This document shows positions 1 through 9,931 of a DNA stretch of 64,000 nucleotides, one piece after another. Source of the DNA: an uncultured Pseudomonadales bacterium. GTDB lineage: Bacteria; Patescibacteriota; Microgenomatia; UBA1400; PJMF01. Numbering within the stretch: the first letter of the stretch is position 1; each line of letters opens with the position of its first letter. A program made the translations under genes and the position numbers. Below the pieces are notes generated by a model. The model saw nothing but the letters and a program-made list of their open reading frames with translations, searched no databases and was not told where the DNA came from. Location of the stretch: positions 5,038 through 69,037 of the forward strand of contig CAZOVA010000003.1 in assembly GCA_964583625.1 (NCBI GenBank), given 5' to 3'.

Positions 1-364
1 CCAAAACGCTTTTCAGGATGCTTTGGAATTAAGCGAGCTGGTAAAAAGAACCAAGCGCAGTCGGAGTAAATTGCATCCCGCTACTAAAGTTTTTCAGGCT
101 TTAAGAATTGCTGTTAATAGTGAATTAGACAATTTGCAAAAAGTATTACCTCAGGCATTTAAACTCTTAGCTCCAGGCGGTCGTTTGGTGACGATTGCTT
201 TTCATGAAGGAGAAGATCGTTTGGTAAAACACTTTTTTAGTGAGCTGCAGGCTAAAAATTTAGCTCAACCTGTTTTTAAAAAACCTCTTGTACCAGACAA
301 ACAAGAATTGTCCAATCCTCGGGCACGGAGCGCCAAACTCAGAGTGCTAGAAAAGAATGATTGA
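1..364 (+). CDS. rsmH: 16S rRNA m4C1402 methyltransferase RsmH (5'-truncated by window edge)
   Basis: [28 protein letters not shown] and [10 protein letters not shown] motifs; precedes ftsL-like and ftsI. Confidence 0.95.
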   Translation, partial: QNAFQDALELSELVKRTKRSRSKLHPATKVFQALRIAVNSELDNLQKVLPQAFKLLAPGGRLVTIAFHEGEDRLVKHFFSELQAKNLAQPVFKKPLVPDKQELSNPRARSAKLRVLEKND

Positions 365-376
365 AAAACACAAAAA

Positions 377-661
377 ATGAAAAAATTAACGATTAACTAC
401 TATCTAATTTTAATTTTAGGTTTGATAATTCAAGCTGTTTTTGTCGTTTTTTCAGGAAATATTTCTATCGCTGCTAGTTTGGAGACCAAAGCTCTTCAGG
501 CAGAAAATCAAGCTATCACTAGTCGACTCTATTTATTAGAAGACAAAATTAGCACTTATAATTCCAGCTACCATTTAAATTCTGTAGCCGATCTATCTCT
601 CTATGAACCCATCAATAAACGGATCACGATTGCTAGCAAAAATCTGGCCAGCTTGCCATGA
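377..661 (+). CDS. FtsL-like small bitopic cell division protein
   Basis: N-terminal TM plus coiled coil, between rsmH and ftsI; call rests on synteny. Confidence 0.6.
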   Translation: MKKLTINYYLILILGLIIQAVFVVFSGNISIAASLETKALQAENQAITSRLYLLEDKISTYNSSYHLNSVADLSLYEPINKRITIASKNLASLP

Positions 662-2412
662 AAAAACCTGCTTTAAGGCCAGTTTATAAAAAACCAGCCA
701 ATCAGCAACAATTACAACTGAGAACAAAAATTATTTTGTCTTTGGCTTTTTTAGCTTTCCTTTTTCTTTGGGCTCGTTTTTTTTATTTACAGATTTTTCA
801 AGGGCAACACTATAATCAGCTAGCCCAGAATCAATATCAACAATTGGTCAGCTATCAAGGCGAAAGAGGAAAAATCTATACCAGCGATAATCAATTATTA
901 GTTGGTAATCAACAAGTTTACCAACTTTATTTTGAACCCGCTACCCTCAATTTGTCTTTAGCAGAATTTTATCAATTAATCAGCCCGATTATTTTAGTTG
1001 ATCCCGAAGCGAGCGCTAGTTTGAAAACTTTGGAAACTCTTAGTTTGCAAGCGGAAGCAAAAAAAACTCGGGGAATTGTCGCTATCGCTAATAATCTTAA
1101 CCAAGACAGTAAGGATCAACTAAGCTCCTTGCCGATTACTGGCTTGCAATTTCAAGCTAAGACAAAAAGATTTTACCCTGAAAAAAATATGGCCGCTCAT
1201 ACTTTAGGCTTTTTAAGTAAAGACAAAAGCGAAGGGCATTATGGCATTGAAGGTGGGCTCAATAAAGAGCTGGAAAGTAAAAATAGTCAGTCTCTGGTGA
1301 CGGTAGACGGTTTCAAGAGTCCTATTTTTACCAATAGCAATTTAATTGAAGACAATTTGGCTGGTCGTGATATTTATCTTACTTTACGCAAAGACATTCA
1401 GATTTTAGTTGAAGATTCACTGGCCACGGCTATGCAAAAATATGGCGCTAGTCGAGGGGAAATCATTGTTATGGATCCTAAAACGGGAGCCATCTTAGGT
1501 TTAGCGACTGCTCCTAACTATGATCCAGACAAATATTATCAGGCAGAGACCTCTTTATATAAGAATCCCGCTATTGTTGACTTATTTGAGCCAGGTTCAA
1601 CCTTCAAAATTTTAACTGTAGCAGCAGGCATTGACGCTGGATTAATTTCTCCTTATACGCCTTGCACCAGATGTAGCGGACCGCGCACCATTGATAAATA
1701 TACTATTCGGACCTGGAATGATGTTTATCATCCCAATATTGATATGACTCAAGCATTGGAAAAATCAGACAATATTGCCATGATTTTTATTAGCGATCTT
1801 TTAGGGGGTAAACGTTTAAGAGAGTATTTGCAAAAATTTGGTATTGGGGAAAAATTAAATTTGGGAACGCAAGAAGAAGTAGCAGCAATTGATTTAGAAA
1901 AATGGGCTTGGGGACCAACGGAAGTAGCAACGCGGTCCTTTGGTCAAGGGATCAGTTTGAGCAGCCTGCAACTTTTAAGAGCTGTCGGAGCGATTGCCAA
2001 TGAAGGCAGAATGATGCAACCTTATTTGGTAAGCAAGGCAGTTGATAAAGCTACTGGAGAAGTTTTCGTCACCCAGCCTCAAGTTTTAAGCCAGGTAGTG
2101 AGTGAAGAAACAGCCAAAACGGTCAGCAAAATGTTACAACAAGCAGCCCAACATGGTGAGGCTCAATATATTTATAAAAATACTGATAGTATTGCTGGAA
2201 AAACTGGGACAGCCCAAATTGCGACCAAAGGAGGTTATGAAAAAAATGACACGATTGCGAGCTTTATTGGTTTTGCTCCTTATGACGACCCAAAATTCAT
2301 TATGTTTGTTAAATTTGAGCGACCACGCTCTTCTCCTTGGGCAGCTGAAACAGCGGCGCCCACTTTCAAAGATATTGCCGAAAAACTTTATTTAATTTTT
2401 GGCCTCAATTAA
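658..2412 (+). CDS. ftsI: Class B penicillin-binding protein (FtsI/PBP2-like transpeptidase)
   Basis: RGKIY, RFYP, EPGSTFK (SxxK), SDN, KTGTAQ motifs. Confidence 0.9.
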   Translation: MKKPALRPVYKKPANQQQLQLRTKIILSLAFLAFLFLWARFFYLQIFQGQHYNQLAQNQYQQLVSYQGERGKIYTSDNQLLVGNQQVYQLYFEPATLNLSLAEFYQLISPIILVDPEASASLKTLETLSLQAEAKKTRGIVAIANNLNQDSKDQLSSLPITGLQFQAKTKRFYPEKNMAAHTLGFLSKDKSEGHYGIEGGLNKELESKNSQSLVTVDGFKSPIFTNSNLIEDNLAGRDIYLTLRKDIQILVEDSLATAMQKYGASRGEIIVMDPKTGAILGLATAPNYDPDKYYQAETSLYKNPAIVDLFEPGSTFKILTVAAGIDAGLISPYTPCTRCSGPRTIDKYTIRTWNDVYHPNIDMTQALEKSDNIAMIFISDLLGGKRLREYLQKFGIGEKLNLGTQEEVAAIDLEKWAWGPTEVATRSFGQGISLSSLQLLRAVGAIANEGRMMQPYLVSKAVDKATGEVFVTQPQVLSQVVSEETAKTVSKMLQQAAQHGEAQYIYKNTDSIAGKTGTAQIATKGGYEKNDTIASFIGFAPYDDPKFIMFVKFERPRSSPWAAETAAPTFKDIAEKLYLIFGLN

Positions 2413-2458
2413 TCTTTAGTTCAACCGGGTATTTTAATGCTTGACCTTAAATTTTGCC

Positions 2459-2516
2459 TTGAAAAAAGACCTATAATATGATATAATCCTTGATCGGTAG
2501 GTGATCTTTCACAAAT
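2459..2516 (+). promoter_or_regulatory. Sigma70 promoter plus boxA-like element (ORFan unit A)
   Basis: TTGAAA-17 nt-TATAAT (2459-2487); TGATCTTTCACAAAT at 2502-2516. Confidence 0.75.
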
Positions 2517-2543
2517 AAACAAGTCAGAATGGAGGAGAGAGAT

Positions 2544-2999
2544 GTGAGTGAGGAAGAGTTGACCAAAACTTCGGCTACTAAAACTAATGACGATCCTAAA
2601 AGAAAAAGACCGCTTAGTGTTTGTTCAAAAGTGATTCTTGTTTTTAGCGCAACGCTCATTTTTGCTGGGTTCGTATGGCTACAGTCTTCTTGGGAAAATA
2701 GTAAGAGAAAGACTATGGTGACACTATTAAATCCAGGAGAAATGATCATTCTTTACCTTGATGACCAAAGAACGGAAAACATTTTGCTTGAACTAAGTAC
2801 TTATGGCGGTGGCGCTCTTTATCGCCAGTCCCTCAATCGACAGCTATTTTTTTACCGCTTAGATGAAAAGAACATTCCTATTAATGTCGACTATTACCTT
2901 TTACTGAAGAGTCAAGAAAGAATTCTCTTAGATGATGTTTTCAGGGATATCATGGATAAAGAAAATATTATCTGGGATAAAATCCAAAGATTCGATTAA
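2544..2999 (+). CDS. Membrane-anchored hypothetical protein, paralog of downstream gene
   Basis: ORF 2529-2999; GGAGG at 2531-2535 favours the GTG start at 2544; one N-terminal TM. Confidence 0.75.
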   Translation: MSEEELTKTSATKTNDDPKRKRPLSVCSKVILVFSATLIFAGFVWLQSSWENSKRKTMVTLLNPGEMIILYLDDQRTENILLELSTYGGGALYRQSLNRQLFFYRLDEKNIPINVDYYLLLKSQERILLDDVFRDIMDKENIIWDKIQRFD

Positions 3000-3070
3000 G
3001 TTTTTCAAAGGAGATGATCAAAATGTGGAAAACAATTTTCTTCAGAACTATTAAAAAGGGGGAAGAGACA

Positions 3071-3607
3071 ATGAAAAACAAAGGCAAACTTCGGTTGGCG
3101 CTCAGTCTCGTTTTGGCGATTTTAATGATGACTTCTCTTTTTCAAGTGGCCTTAGCCACAGACACGATCTTCATTCAACCGGGATCCTGGGTTTTTGTTA
3201 AACTTAAAACTTTAACTGAGACAGGAGAACAAGAAAATATTCTGATCGATTTTCCGGCAAAAGGTGAGGGTGGTTTTTTAAGTCAGTTTGATCGTGAACG
3301 GATTTTGCTAATTACGGTCAACCCTGAATTAGAAGAAACCCTGCCTCCTACTCACCACTACTATCGCGCGACGTCTTTTTTTGGTAGACGCATCAATCTT
3401 GATAAGCTGATGACCGACATTGACGCAGGCGAAACTGGACTTTGGAGCAAAATAAAGTCAAATTCCAAAGAAGCTGGTGCTTGGGTCTGGGATAAGTCTC
3501 AAGATTTTAGCCAGTGGCTGACGGACAAATACCAGGAATGGGGAGTTATCGAATTTATCGAAAATAAGGGCTGGGGCGACAAGATTAGGAAATTTTTTGG
3601 TCGCTAA
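3071..3607 (+). CDS. Secreted hypothetical protein, paralog of upstream gene
   Basis: ORF 3014-3607; purine-rich SD before ATG 3071; signal peptide ending VALA. Confidence 0.75.
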   Translation: MKNKGKLRLALSLVLAILMMTSLFQVALATDTIFIQPGSWVFVKLKTLTETGEQENILIDFPAKGEGGFLSQFDRERILLITVNPELEETLPPTHHYYRATSFFGRRINLDKLMTDIDAGETGLWSKIKSNSKEAGAWVWDKSQDFSQWLTDKYQEWGVIEFIENKGWGDKIRKFFGR

Positions 3608-3624
3608 GAAAGACAAACTACCAC

Positions 3625-3658
3625 TTCCCCTTGAGTTAACGCTCAAGGGGAATTTTAT
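3625..3658 (+). terminator. Rho-independent terminator
   Basis: TTCCCCTTGAG-ttaacg-CTCAAGGGGAA followed by TTTTATT. Confidence 0.85.
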
Positions 3659-3721
3659 TAAAAATAGAGCTTTTTTACTGTTCTTTTTAGCTTATAATAG
3701 TTTTTGTGTCCCTTGAAAAAA

Positions 3722-3808
3722 GGAAGCGTCGCCTAGTGGCTATGGCAACAGACTTGAAATCTGTCGGACGTAAGTCCATCGTGGGTTCGAGTCCCACCGC
3801 TTCCGCCA
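3722..3808 (+). tRNA. tRNA-Ser(TGA)
   Basis: GGAAGCG/CGCTTCC acceptor stem, anticodon loop CTTGAAA, long variable arm, GGTTCGAGTCC, CCA end. Confidence 0.95.
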
Positions 3809-3842
3809 AAATTAAAAAACTTTTCTAGAAAGATTCATTAAA

Positions 3843-5156
3843 ATGAAAAAAGTCAAAGTTTCTATCCAAGATGAAAATACTTTAGTTCTCCAAGAAGATG
3901 GTCAAAAAGGAGATTTAATCGACCTTTCTTCTTTGCATGATCTCGATATTGATAAATCAACCATCAAAGGCGTGGTTGACTCAATTAAAAAGGATGTTTT
4001 TGAAACTGAGGTAGAAAAAGTACGTAAAACTATTGAACAGCAAAAAGAATTAGAAGCTCGACTCAAAGAACAAAAACTTCTAGAAGAAATTGCGGTCTTA
4101 GGGAAAGAAAAAGAATCAGCTATTAAATTAGCTGAAGCCAAGGCAAAGAGCTTATCACAAGAAGATCTTGCCAAAAAAGAAGCTGAAATTACCAAGCTCC
4201 AATCTCAAATAGAAGCTGCCCAAACCGAAAAAAAACTAGCTGTTTCAGAGGCTCTTAAGATAGTTGAAAAAGAACGAGATGAGTTGCGACACAAACTTGA
4301 CAAACAAAACTCAGAGGCAAAGCTGTTTGCTGCTGCCATTAAAGAGAAATATGAGCACGAACTGAAAAGTAAAGAAGACATGATCGATTACTATAAAGAT
4401 TTGAAGGTCAAGGCTTCTACTAAAATGCTAGGCGAAACTCTCGAACAACATTGTGAAATTGAGTTTAACAAATGGCGAGCCACTGCTTTTCAAAATGCTT
4501 ACTTTGAAAAAGACAATGATACCACAAGCGGCACTAAAGGCGATTATATTTACCGCGAAAATGATGCTCAGGGTGTGGAAATTATTAGTATCATGTTTGA
4601 GATGAAAAACGAAGGAGATGAGACAGAAAATAAAAAGAAAAATGAAGATTTCTTTAAAAAACTCAATGAAGATAGAACTAAAAAAAAATGCGAGTATGCT
4701 ATTCTAGTTTCATTATTAGAAGCTGATAGCGAGTTATATAATACTGGCATTGTCGACGTCTCACATAAGTATCCCAAGATGTATGTCATTAGACCGCAGT
4801 TTTTTATTCCCATGATCACACTACTAAGAAATGCAGCTTTAAATTCACTTAAATATAAGTCCGAGCTTGCTTTGATAAGAGAACAAAATATTGACATTGC
4901 CAATTTTGAAGATAATATGAATTCATTTAAAGAAGGTTTTTCTAGAAATTATGAGCTAGCTAGTAGAAAATTTAAAACAGCGATTGAAGAGATTGAAAAA
5001 ACTATCACTCATTTGCAGAAAACGAAAGAAGCTTTGTTATCGTCAGAAAATAATTTACGATTGGCCAATAATAAAGCTGAAGATTTGAGCATCAAACGTC
5101 TCACTAGTGGCAACCCCACCATGCAAAAAAAATTTGCTCAATTACAAAAGAAATAA
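3843..5156 (+). CDS. DUF2130 family protein (coiled coil plus putative nuclease-like domain)
   Basis: [40 protein letters not shown] motifs. Confidence 0.85.
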   Translation: MKKVKVSIQDENTLVLQEDGQKGDLIDLSSLHDLDIDKSTIKGVVDSIKKDVFETEVEKVRKTIEQQKELEARLKEQKLLEEIAVLGKEKESAIKLAEAKAKSLSQEDLAKKEAEITKLQSQIEAAQTEKKLAVSEALKIVEKERDELRHKLDKQNSEAKLFAAAIKEKYEHELKSKEDMIDYYKDLKVKASTKMLGETLEQHCEIEFNKWRATAFQNAYFEKDNDTTSGTKGDYIYRENDAQGVEIISIMFEMKNEGDETENKKKNEDFFKKLNEDRTKKKCEYAILVSLLEADSELYNTGIVDVSHKYPKMYVIRPQFFIPMITLLRNAALNSLKYKSELALIREQNIDIANFEDNMNSFKEGFSRNYELASRKFKTAIEEIEKTITHLQKTKEALLSSENNLRLANNKAEDLSIKRLTSGNPTMQKKFAQLQKK

Positions 5157-5272
5157 TTTTTACAAAACATTATTAATATCTAATTGCTAATACGAAAAAG
5201 TTAGCCTTTTAGTATTCTTAAATTAGTTGGGCAAATTAAAAATTTTAAATTAAGTCAACTTTTGCCAGCCAG

Positions 5273-5698
5273 CTATCGCTTTTTACTTTTTTCTTTATTC
5301 TCCCAAATTTCCTTGAGCACAAAAAAAACTTCGTCAACTTCTTTATCATTATTTAAAATCAAACTATCAGTTTCTGCCAATGAATTAGTTTGTTCATCAA
5401 TTGACTTTGCTTTTCTTTGGCCAATTAAAACAATAGCTAAGACCATTAGTTCTGAATAAAGAAGATCTAAGTCATAAACAATTTTTTCCAAACCTCTTTT
5501 ATCAATACGTAAAGCGAGATTTTGAGCCTGATATTTTTCTTTTAAATAATGGCAAATACGTTCATCTAGCCTCCAAGCCTCAGCTTTGAAGTCTATTTCT
5601 GGAGAGAGACTGACCAACCAGTTTTTCCTCCAATTAGCTTTTTCACCACCTGTTTCTTTTATCGACATCATGACTGTGAATTGTAACACATTTTTCAC
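5273..5698 (-). CDS. Hypothetical protein
   Basis: 141-aa ORF filling the gap; no recognisable motif. Confidence 0.6.
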   Translation of the reverse strand: MKNVLQFTVMMSIKETGGEKANWRKNWLVSLSPEIDFKAEAWRLDERICHYLKEKYQAQNLALRIDKRGLEKIVYDLDLLYSELMVLAIVLIGQRKAKSIDEQTNSLAETDSLILNNDKEVDEVFFVLKEIWENKEKSKKR

Positions 5699-5754
5699 TC
5701 AACTACCTTTTTCTCTTAGCTATCGATGTTTTTGTTATATAATATTAAAAAATT

Positions 5755-6705
5755 ATGCTAAAGGAGCAGTTTTTACCAGATCAAGAAAAAAAAATAGTTA
5801 TCAGCGCTAGTAGTTCCAAGAGGAGAAATGCGGCCTTGAGGATTTTGCCCAATTTGAGTGTTTATGACCATCCTGGTCCAACAGCAGAAATAGAAAATTC
5901 TGATCAGTCTTTGATTGCGAAAGATAAATGTGATTATTTAGTTTCTTTATTTAGAGATTTTATCAATCTGATGAATAGTCGGGAAATTGATAGTCAGGAG
6001 AAACAGGAATTTTTAGAACAAAATTCAGCTTTGGTTAATACTATTTTTCGAGTCATCGCTTTTGGCGATTCTTTTCAAATTATTGGCGGCGATACGCAAA
6101 CTCAAATCCCCATTATTGATCGTCGTAGTCCTAGCGATAGTGGCTTTTTCTATCAAAGCTTTGGCAAGCCAGAGGAGGAGGAAGAAGTAAGAGAACACTT
6201 TGCTAGTATGAGTCGTACTCAACAAGCAATTTATCGAGTTTTTTCTGGTTCCAATATCTCTACTTATACTGCTGCTCATGCTTCTCCTTTGGAAGTTCGG
6301 CATATGCAAAAGGTGGTTGTTTATTTAAGACCAGAGATGGTGAAACACTTTTCGACTCATAAAGGTTTTAATGATTACAAAGCTGCTTTTGAAAACTTTT
6401 ATCAATCTCCTGCTTATGACCAAAATAATCATGAAGCCTTAACGATGAAAAATATTTCTGGAGGTATGTCTTTACCAGTTTTTATTCAAGAAAAGGCAGT
6501 TGAAGCGATAGAATTTAATGGTCAAAAAGTGACTCTTGGTGAAGCTAATAAAGAATTTTTGAAAAAAATTATTTATGCGGTGGCAGTTGGCTACTCACCT
6601 TTGGTTTTAGATCAAATTACTCCCGGAGCTTATCAATTTACTTTGGATAATTGGTCTTGGCTGGAAGAAGTTGTCAAACAAATAAAACCTCATGCTAAAA
6701 AATAA
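5755..6705 (+). CDS. Divergent Maf-like nucleotide pyrophosphatase
   Basis: ISASSSKRR, IIGGDT, FGKPEEEEE, VFSG, ISGG and AVGY occur in Maf motif order, with insertions. Confidence 0.55.
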   Translation: MLKEQFLPDQEKKIVISASSSKRRNAALRILPNLSVYDHPGPTAEIENSDQSLIAKDKCDYLVSLFRDFINLMNSREIDSQEKQEFLEQNSALVNTIFRVIAFGDSFQIIGGDTQTQIPIIDRRSPSDSGFFYQSFGKPEEEEEVREHFASMSRTQQAIYRVFSGSNISTYTAAHASPLEVRHMQKVVVYLRPEMVKHFSTHKGFNDYKAAFENFYQSPAYDQNNHEALTMKNISGGMSLPVFIQEKAVEAIEFNGQKVTLGEANKEFLKKIIYAVAVGYSPLVLDQITPGAYQFTLDNWSWLEEVVKQIKPHAKK

Positions 6706-7069
6706 GTCTATTCTTTTGCCAGCTAAAAAAACAGACGGTATCAGAGTTTGTGTCATGCGCAGTGTTCACGATGACTATCAATTTGATCTTTGGTATCAGG
6801 CTTTAGCTCCCAGTCGAAAATTAGTGGCAGCTTATGTCATTAAGAAGAAAATTTCTTGGAAAAGGTTTAAAAAACTTTATCAACAAGAACAAAAAAACCA
6901 AGAACCTTATTTGGAAAGTTTATTGAGATTAATTAAAAAAGCTTCCCTTCATAATCTTGACGTCACCCTTTTGTGCGGTGAAAAGGACTATCATGGTTGT
7001 CATCGGGAACTGATCATTGAACGTTTGCGCCAGCTTGATCCCAGTAGCGCTCACCTTTTACCTCATTGA
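6692..7069 (+). CDS. DUF488 (YeaO-like) protein
   Basis: DGIRVCVMR, DLW...LAPS, VTLLCGE...CHR. Confidence 0.8.
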   Translation: MLKNKSILLPAKKTDGIRVCVMRSVHDDYQFDLWYQALAPSRKLVAAYVIKKKISWKRFKKLYQQEQKNQEPYLESLLRLIKKASLHNLDVTLLCGEKDYHGCHRELIIERLRQLDPSSAHLLPH

Positions 7070-7089
7070 GTGTTTCTATCATCCAATTT

Positions 7090-7992
7090 TTACTTTAAGC
7101 CAAGAATTGGCGGTATTTGCTTTTTTTTAAATTGTCCTGGACCAGTAAAAAGTTGCCAGATTAATTCAAGATTTTGCTTCAGATCTTCTCTGTGAGGAAA
7201 AAGCTGTTTCATATTTTTAGTTTCCTCCTCATTAAGTTTAAGAAGAGCAGGAAGCCGATTAGCTTGCCAAGCTTTTTCAGTCAGTTGCCAGAGTTTCTCA
7301 GCCCGCCCCCAATTTTGTGACCAAAATTGGAGCAATTTTTCTTGAAAGATCTCAGTCATTGGATCACCTAAGTTTTGTTCAATACTTTGTTGCGGACTAA
7401 GTTCGGCGCTGGGATGAATCTGAAAAATTGCTGGGGGTAAATTTATGTTCATGTCTTGAGCAAGATTTTTAGCTTGCTGATAAACCTCGCTTTTCCATAA
7501 ATTTCCTAAGGGGCAGGCATAGCCAGTTAAATCTCCATAAAGTGTTCCATAGCCAGTTAATAATTCATTTTTATTGGCATTACAAGGGAAGAGAGCATCA
7601 TAGTAATTGGCTAGACCAGCCAAAAGTTGTCCTCGAATTCTAGCTTGAATATTCTCATCACTTTTACTAAGTACTGGCCAAGAGAGTCGATGCTCGTCTT
7701 TATTGACAGTTTGCCAAAAATTTTTTACCAAATCATCAATTGGTAATATCAAATATTGGCATTTTAAACTCTGAGCGATTGAAGCGGCATTTTTTTTAGT
7801 AAGATGACTATTATGACGACTAGGAAAATTAATCAGCGCCACATTTTTTGCCCCCAAAGCCGCGACATGGAGTAAGGCGCTGTAAGCACTATCAATGCCA
7901 CCACTCAAACCAAGCAAGCAATAATTTTTTTTAGCCTTGAAGAAAAAATCAGCAATCTCTCGAATTAATTTTTTATTAGTTTGACTAAGCAT
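7090..7992 (-). CDS. nadE: NAD+ synthetase, synthetase domain only
   Basis: GLSGGIDS, ENIQARIR, GYGTLYGD, PSAEL. Confidence 0.9.
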   Translation of the reverse strand: MLSQTNKKLIREIADFFFKAKKNYCLLGLSGGIDSAYSALLHVAALGAKNVALINFPSRHNSHLTKKNAASIAQSLKCQYLILPIDDLVKNFWQTVNKDEHRLSWPVLSKSDENIQARIRGQLLAGLANYYDALFPCNANKNELLTGYGTLYGDLTGYACPLGNLWKSEVYQQAKNLAQDMNINLPPAIFQIHPSAELSPQQSIEQNLGDPMTEIFQEKLLQFWSQNWGRAEKLWQLTEKAWQANRLPALLKLNEEETKNMKQLFPHREDLKQNLELIWQLFTGPGQFKKKQIPPILGLK

Positions 7993-8036
7993 TTACTTTA
8001 TTTTAACTCTAATTTTATGTTATAATGTTTGACATT

Positions 8037-8483
8037 ATGGCTCCTTGTGCAGTTTGTGTTGTAGCAATTAGTGGTGGTTTAGGGATTTCTCGAGCCTTAG
8101 GGATTGATGATGCGATGACGGGAGTTTGGGTGGGAGCCCTACTCTTATCTTTGGCCACTTTGACTGTTAATTGGTTAAAAAAGAAATGGCCGAGTAAACA
8201 ATTTTTACCAGTCAGCGGTTTTCTTCTGACCTACCTTTTAATTTTACCTTTTTTCTTTACTTTTGATCTTTTCGCCAATAGCCCAGAAATTTTTGGCTAT
8301 AAAAGTTTGGCTCTTGGCATGATTGTTGGCACGATCTTTCTTGCCCTCGGTCTCTACACAGATCAGGTCTTGCGTCGTTTAAAAGCAGATGACAATAAGG
8401 GCTTCTTTCCTTTCCAAAAAGTTTTTGTGCCTGTCTTTTTTCTTTTGTTGGCTACTTTGATGATGTGGTTTTTAACTAGCTAA
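8037..8483 (+). CDS. Four-TM membrane protein with N-terminal CxxC
   Basis: MAPCAVC...GIDD..TGVWVG...FPFQKV; ATG follows TATAAT at 8021. Confidence 0.75.
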   Translation: MAPCAVCVVAISGGLGISRALGIDDAMTGVWVGALLLSLATLTVNWLKKKWPSKQFLPVSGFLLTYLLILPFFFTFDLFANSPEIFGYKSLALGMIVGTIFLALGLYTDQVLRRLKADDNKGFFPFQKVFVPVFFLLLATLMMWFLTS

Positions 8484-8536
8484 TTTTTATCAGGTTTTTA
8501 GAGAAAAAAAACTTTTATTATTGTATAATAATGTTT

Positions 8537-9931
8537 ATGGCAAAGAATATTGATGTGCAGGAGTTGGTAGCTTTTTGTAAGTCTACTGGTTTTATTTATC
8601 AATCGAGTGAAATTTATGGAGGGTTGAGTGCTGTTTATGACTATGGTCATTATGGCGCTTTGCTTAAACAAAATATCCAACAACTTTGGTGGAAAAATAT
8701 GGTTCAACTACATGAAGATGTGGTGGGTTTGGACAGCGCCATCTTTATGTCGCCACAAACTTGGAAAGCTTCTGGGCATATAGATAATTTTGATGACCCT
8801 CAAGTGGATTGTAAAAATTGTCATGGCAGATTAAGAGCTGATCATTTACTAGAAGAACAAGGAATTAATGCCGACAAAGAAACTCTCACTTTTATCAATC
8901 AACAATTGGAAAATCTTAAAGCTAGCGGTAAACTAAAATGCCCCCTGTGCGGGAGTCGTGATCTCACGGCCGCAAAACAGTTTTCCCTTATGGTGAAATC
9001 CAACTTAGGAGCTCCCACTGATGAGTTGACCGCTGAAAACATCGTTTATTTAAGACCAGAAACCTGTGGAGGCATTTATTTAAATTATAAAAATATTCTC
9101 GATAGTTTACATTTGAAACTCCCTTTTGGTGTAGCTCAAATAGGTAAGGCTTTTCGTAATGAAATTATTGCTCGTCAATTTGTTTTTCGCACCCGAGAGT
9201 TTGAACAAATGGAAATGCAATACTTTTTACGTCCAGAACAAATGTCAGAAAAATTTGCAGCCTGGAGAGCTGATCGCTGGCAATGGTATTTAGATCTTGG
9301 AATTGAGCAGGACAAATTACGTTGGCATCAACACGAAAAATTAGCTCATTATGCGAGCGACGCTTATGATATTGAATACAATTTTGCTTCATTAGGAGGT
9401 TTTAAGGAAATTGAAGGTGTTCATGCTCGCGGAAATTGGGACTTATCCCAACACAGTAAATTTTCAGGTGTTGATTTAAATTATTTTGATCCGCAAACAG
9501 GAGAAAAATTTATTCCTCATATTATGGAGACCTCAGCTGGTCTCAACCGCATTGTCATGATGGTTTTAGATCATGCTTATAGCAAAGAGCGGGTCGGTCA
9601 AGATGAGAGATTAGTTTTAAAATTATCTGCTAAATTAGCACCCATTAAATTAGCTGTTTTTCCGCTTTTACGCAATAAGCCAGAATTGGTGGCTTTGGCC
9701 AAACAAGTTGCGCAGAAATTAAGACCACTTTATCAATTGGAGTTTGATGATCATGGCAATATTGGTAAGCGTTATCGTCGTCAAGACGCTATCGGCACTC
9801 CTCTGACCTTAACGATCGATTTCGATTCATTAAGTAATGAAGATCTAACTGTTCGCCACCGAGACACAATGAAACAGGAAAGAGTTTCCCTTTCTCAATT
9901 GGAAGAATATTTACAAAGCCAACTAGTATGA
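8537..9931 (+). CDS. glyQS: Glycyl-tRNA synthetase (alpha2, eukaryote/archaeal type)
   Basis: SEIYGG, YLRPET, IGKAFRNEI, FRTREFEQME, IGKRYRRQD. Confidence 0.95.
   Translation: MAKNIDVQELVAFCKSTGFIYQSSEIYGGLSAVYDYGHYGALLKQNIQQLWWKNMVQLHEDVVGLDSAIFMSPQTWKASGHIDNFDDPQVDCKNCHGRLRADHLLEEQGINADKETLTFINQQLENLKASGKLKCPLCGSRDLTAAKQFSLMVKSNLGAPTDELTAENIVYLRPETCGGIYLNYKNILDSLHLKLPFGVAQIGKAFRNEIIARQFVFRTREFEQMEMQYFLRPEQMSEKFAAWRADRWQWYLDLGIEQDKLRWHQHEKLAHYASDAYDIEYNFASLGGFKEIEGVHARGNWDLSQHSKFSGVDLNYFDPQTGEKFIPHIMETSAGLNRIVMMVLDHAYSKERVGQDERLVLKLSAKLAPIKLAVFPLLRNKPELVALAKQVAQKLRPLYQLEFDDHGNIGKRYRRQDAIGTPLTLTIDFDSLSNEDLTVRHRDTMKQERVSLSQLEEYLQSQLV

Noticed and set aside
3722-8000. Intact integrative element or prophage at tRNA-Ser (or tRNA-Gly)
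   Set aside because: No integrase, no phage genes and no duplicated tRNA 3' end seen.
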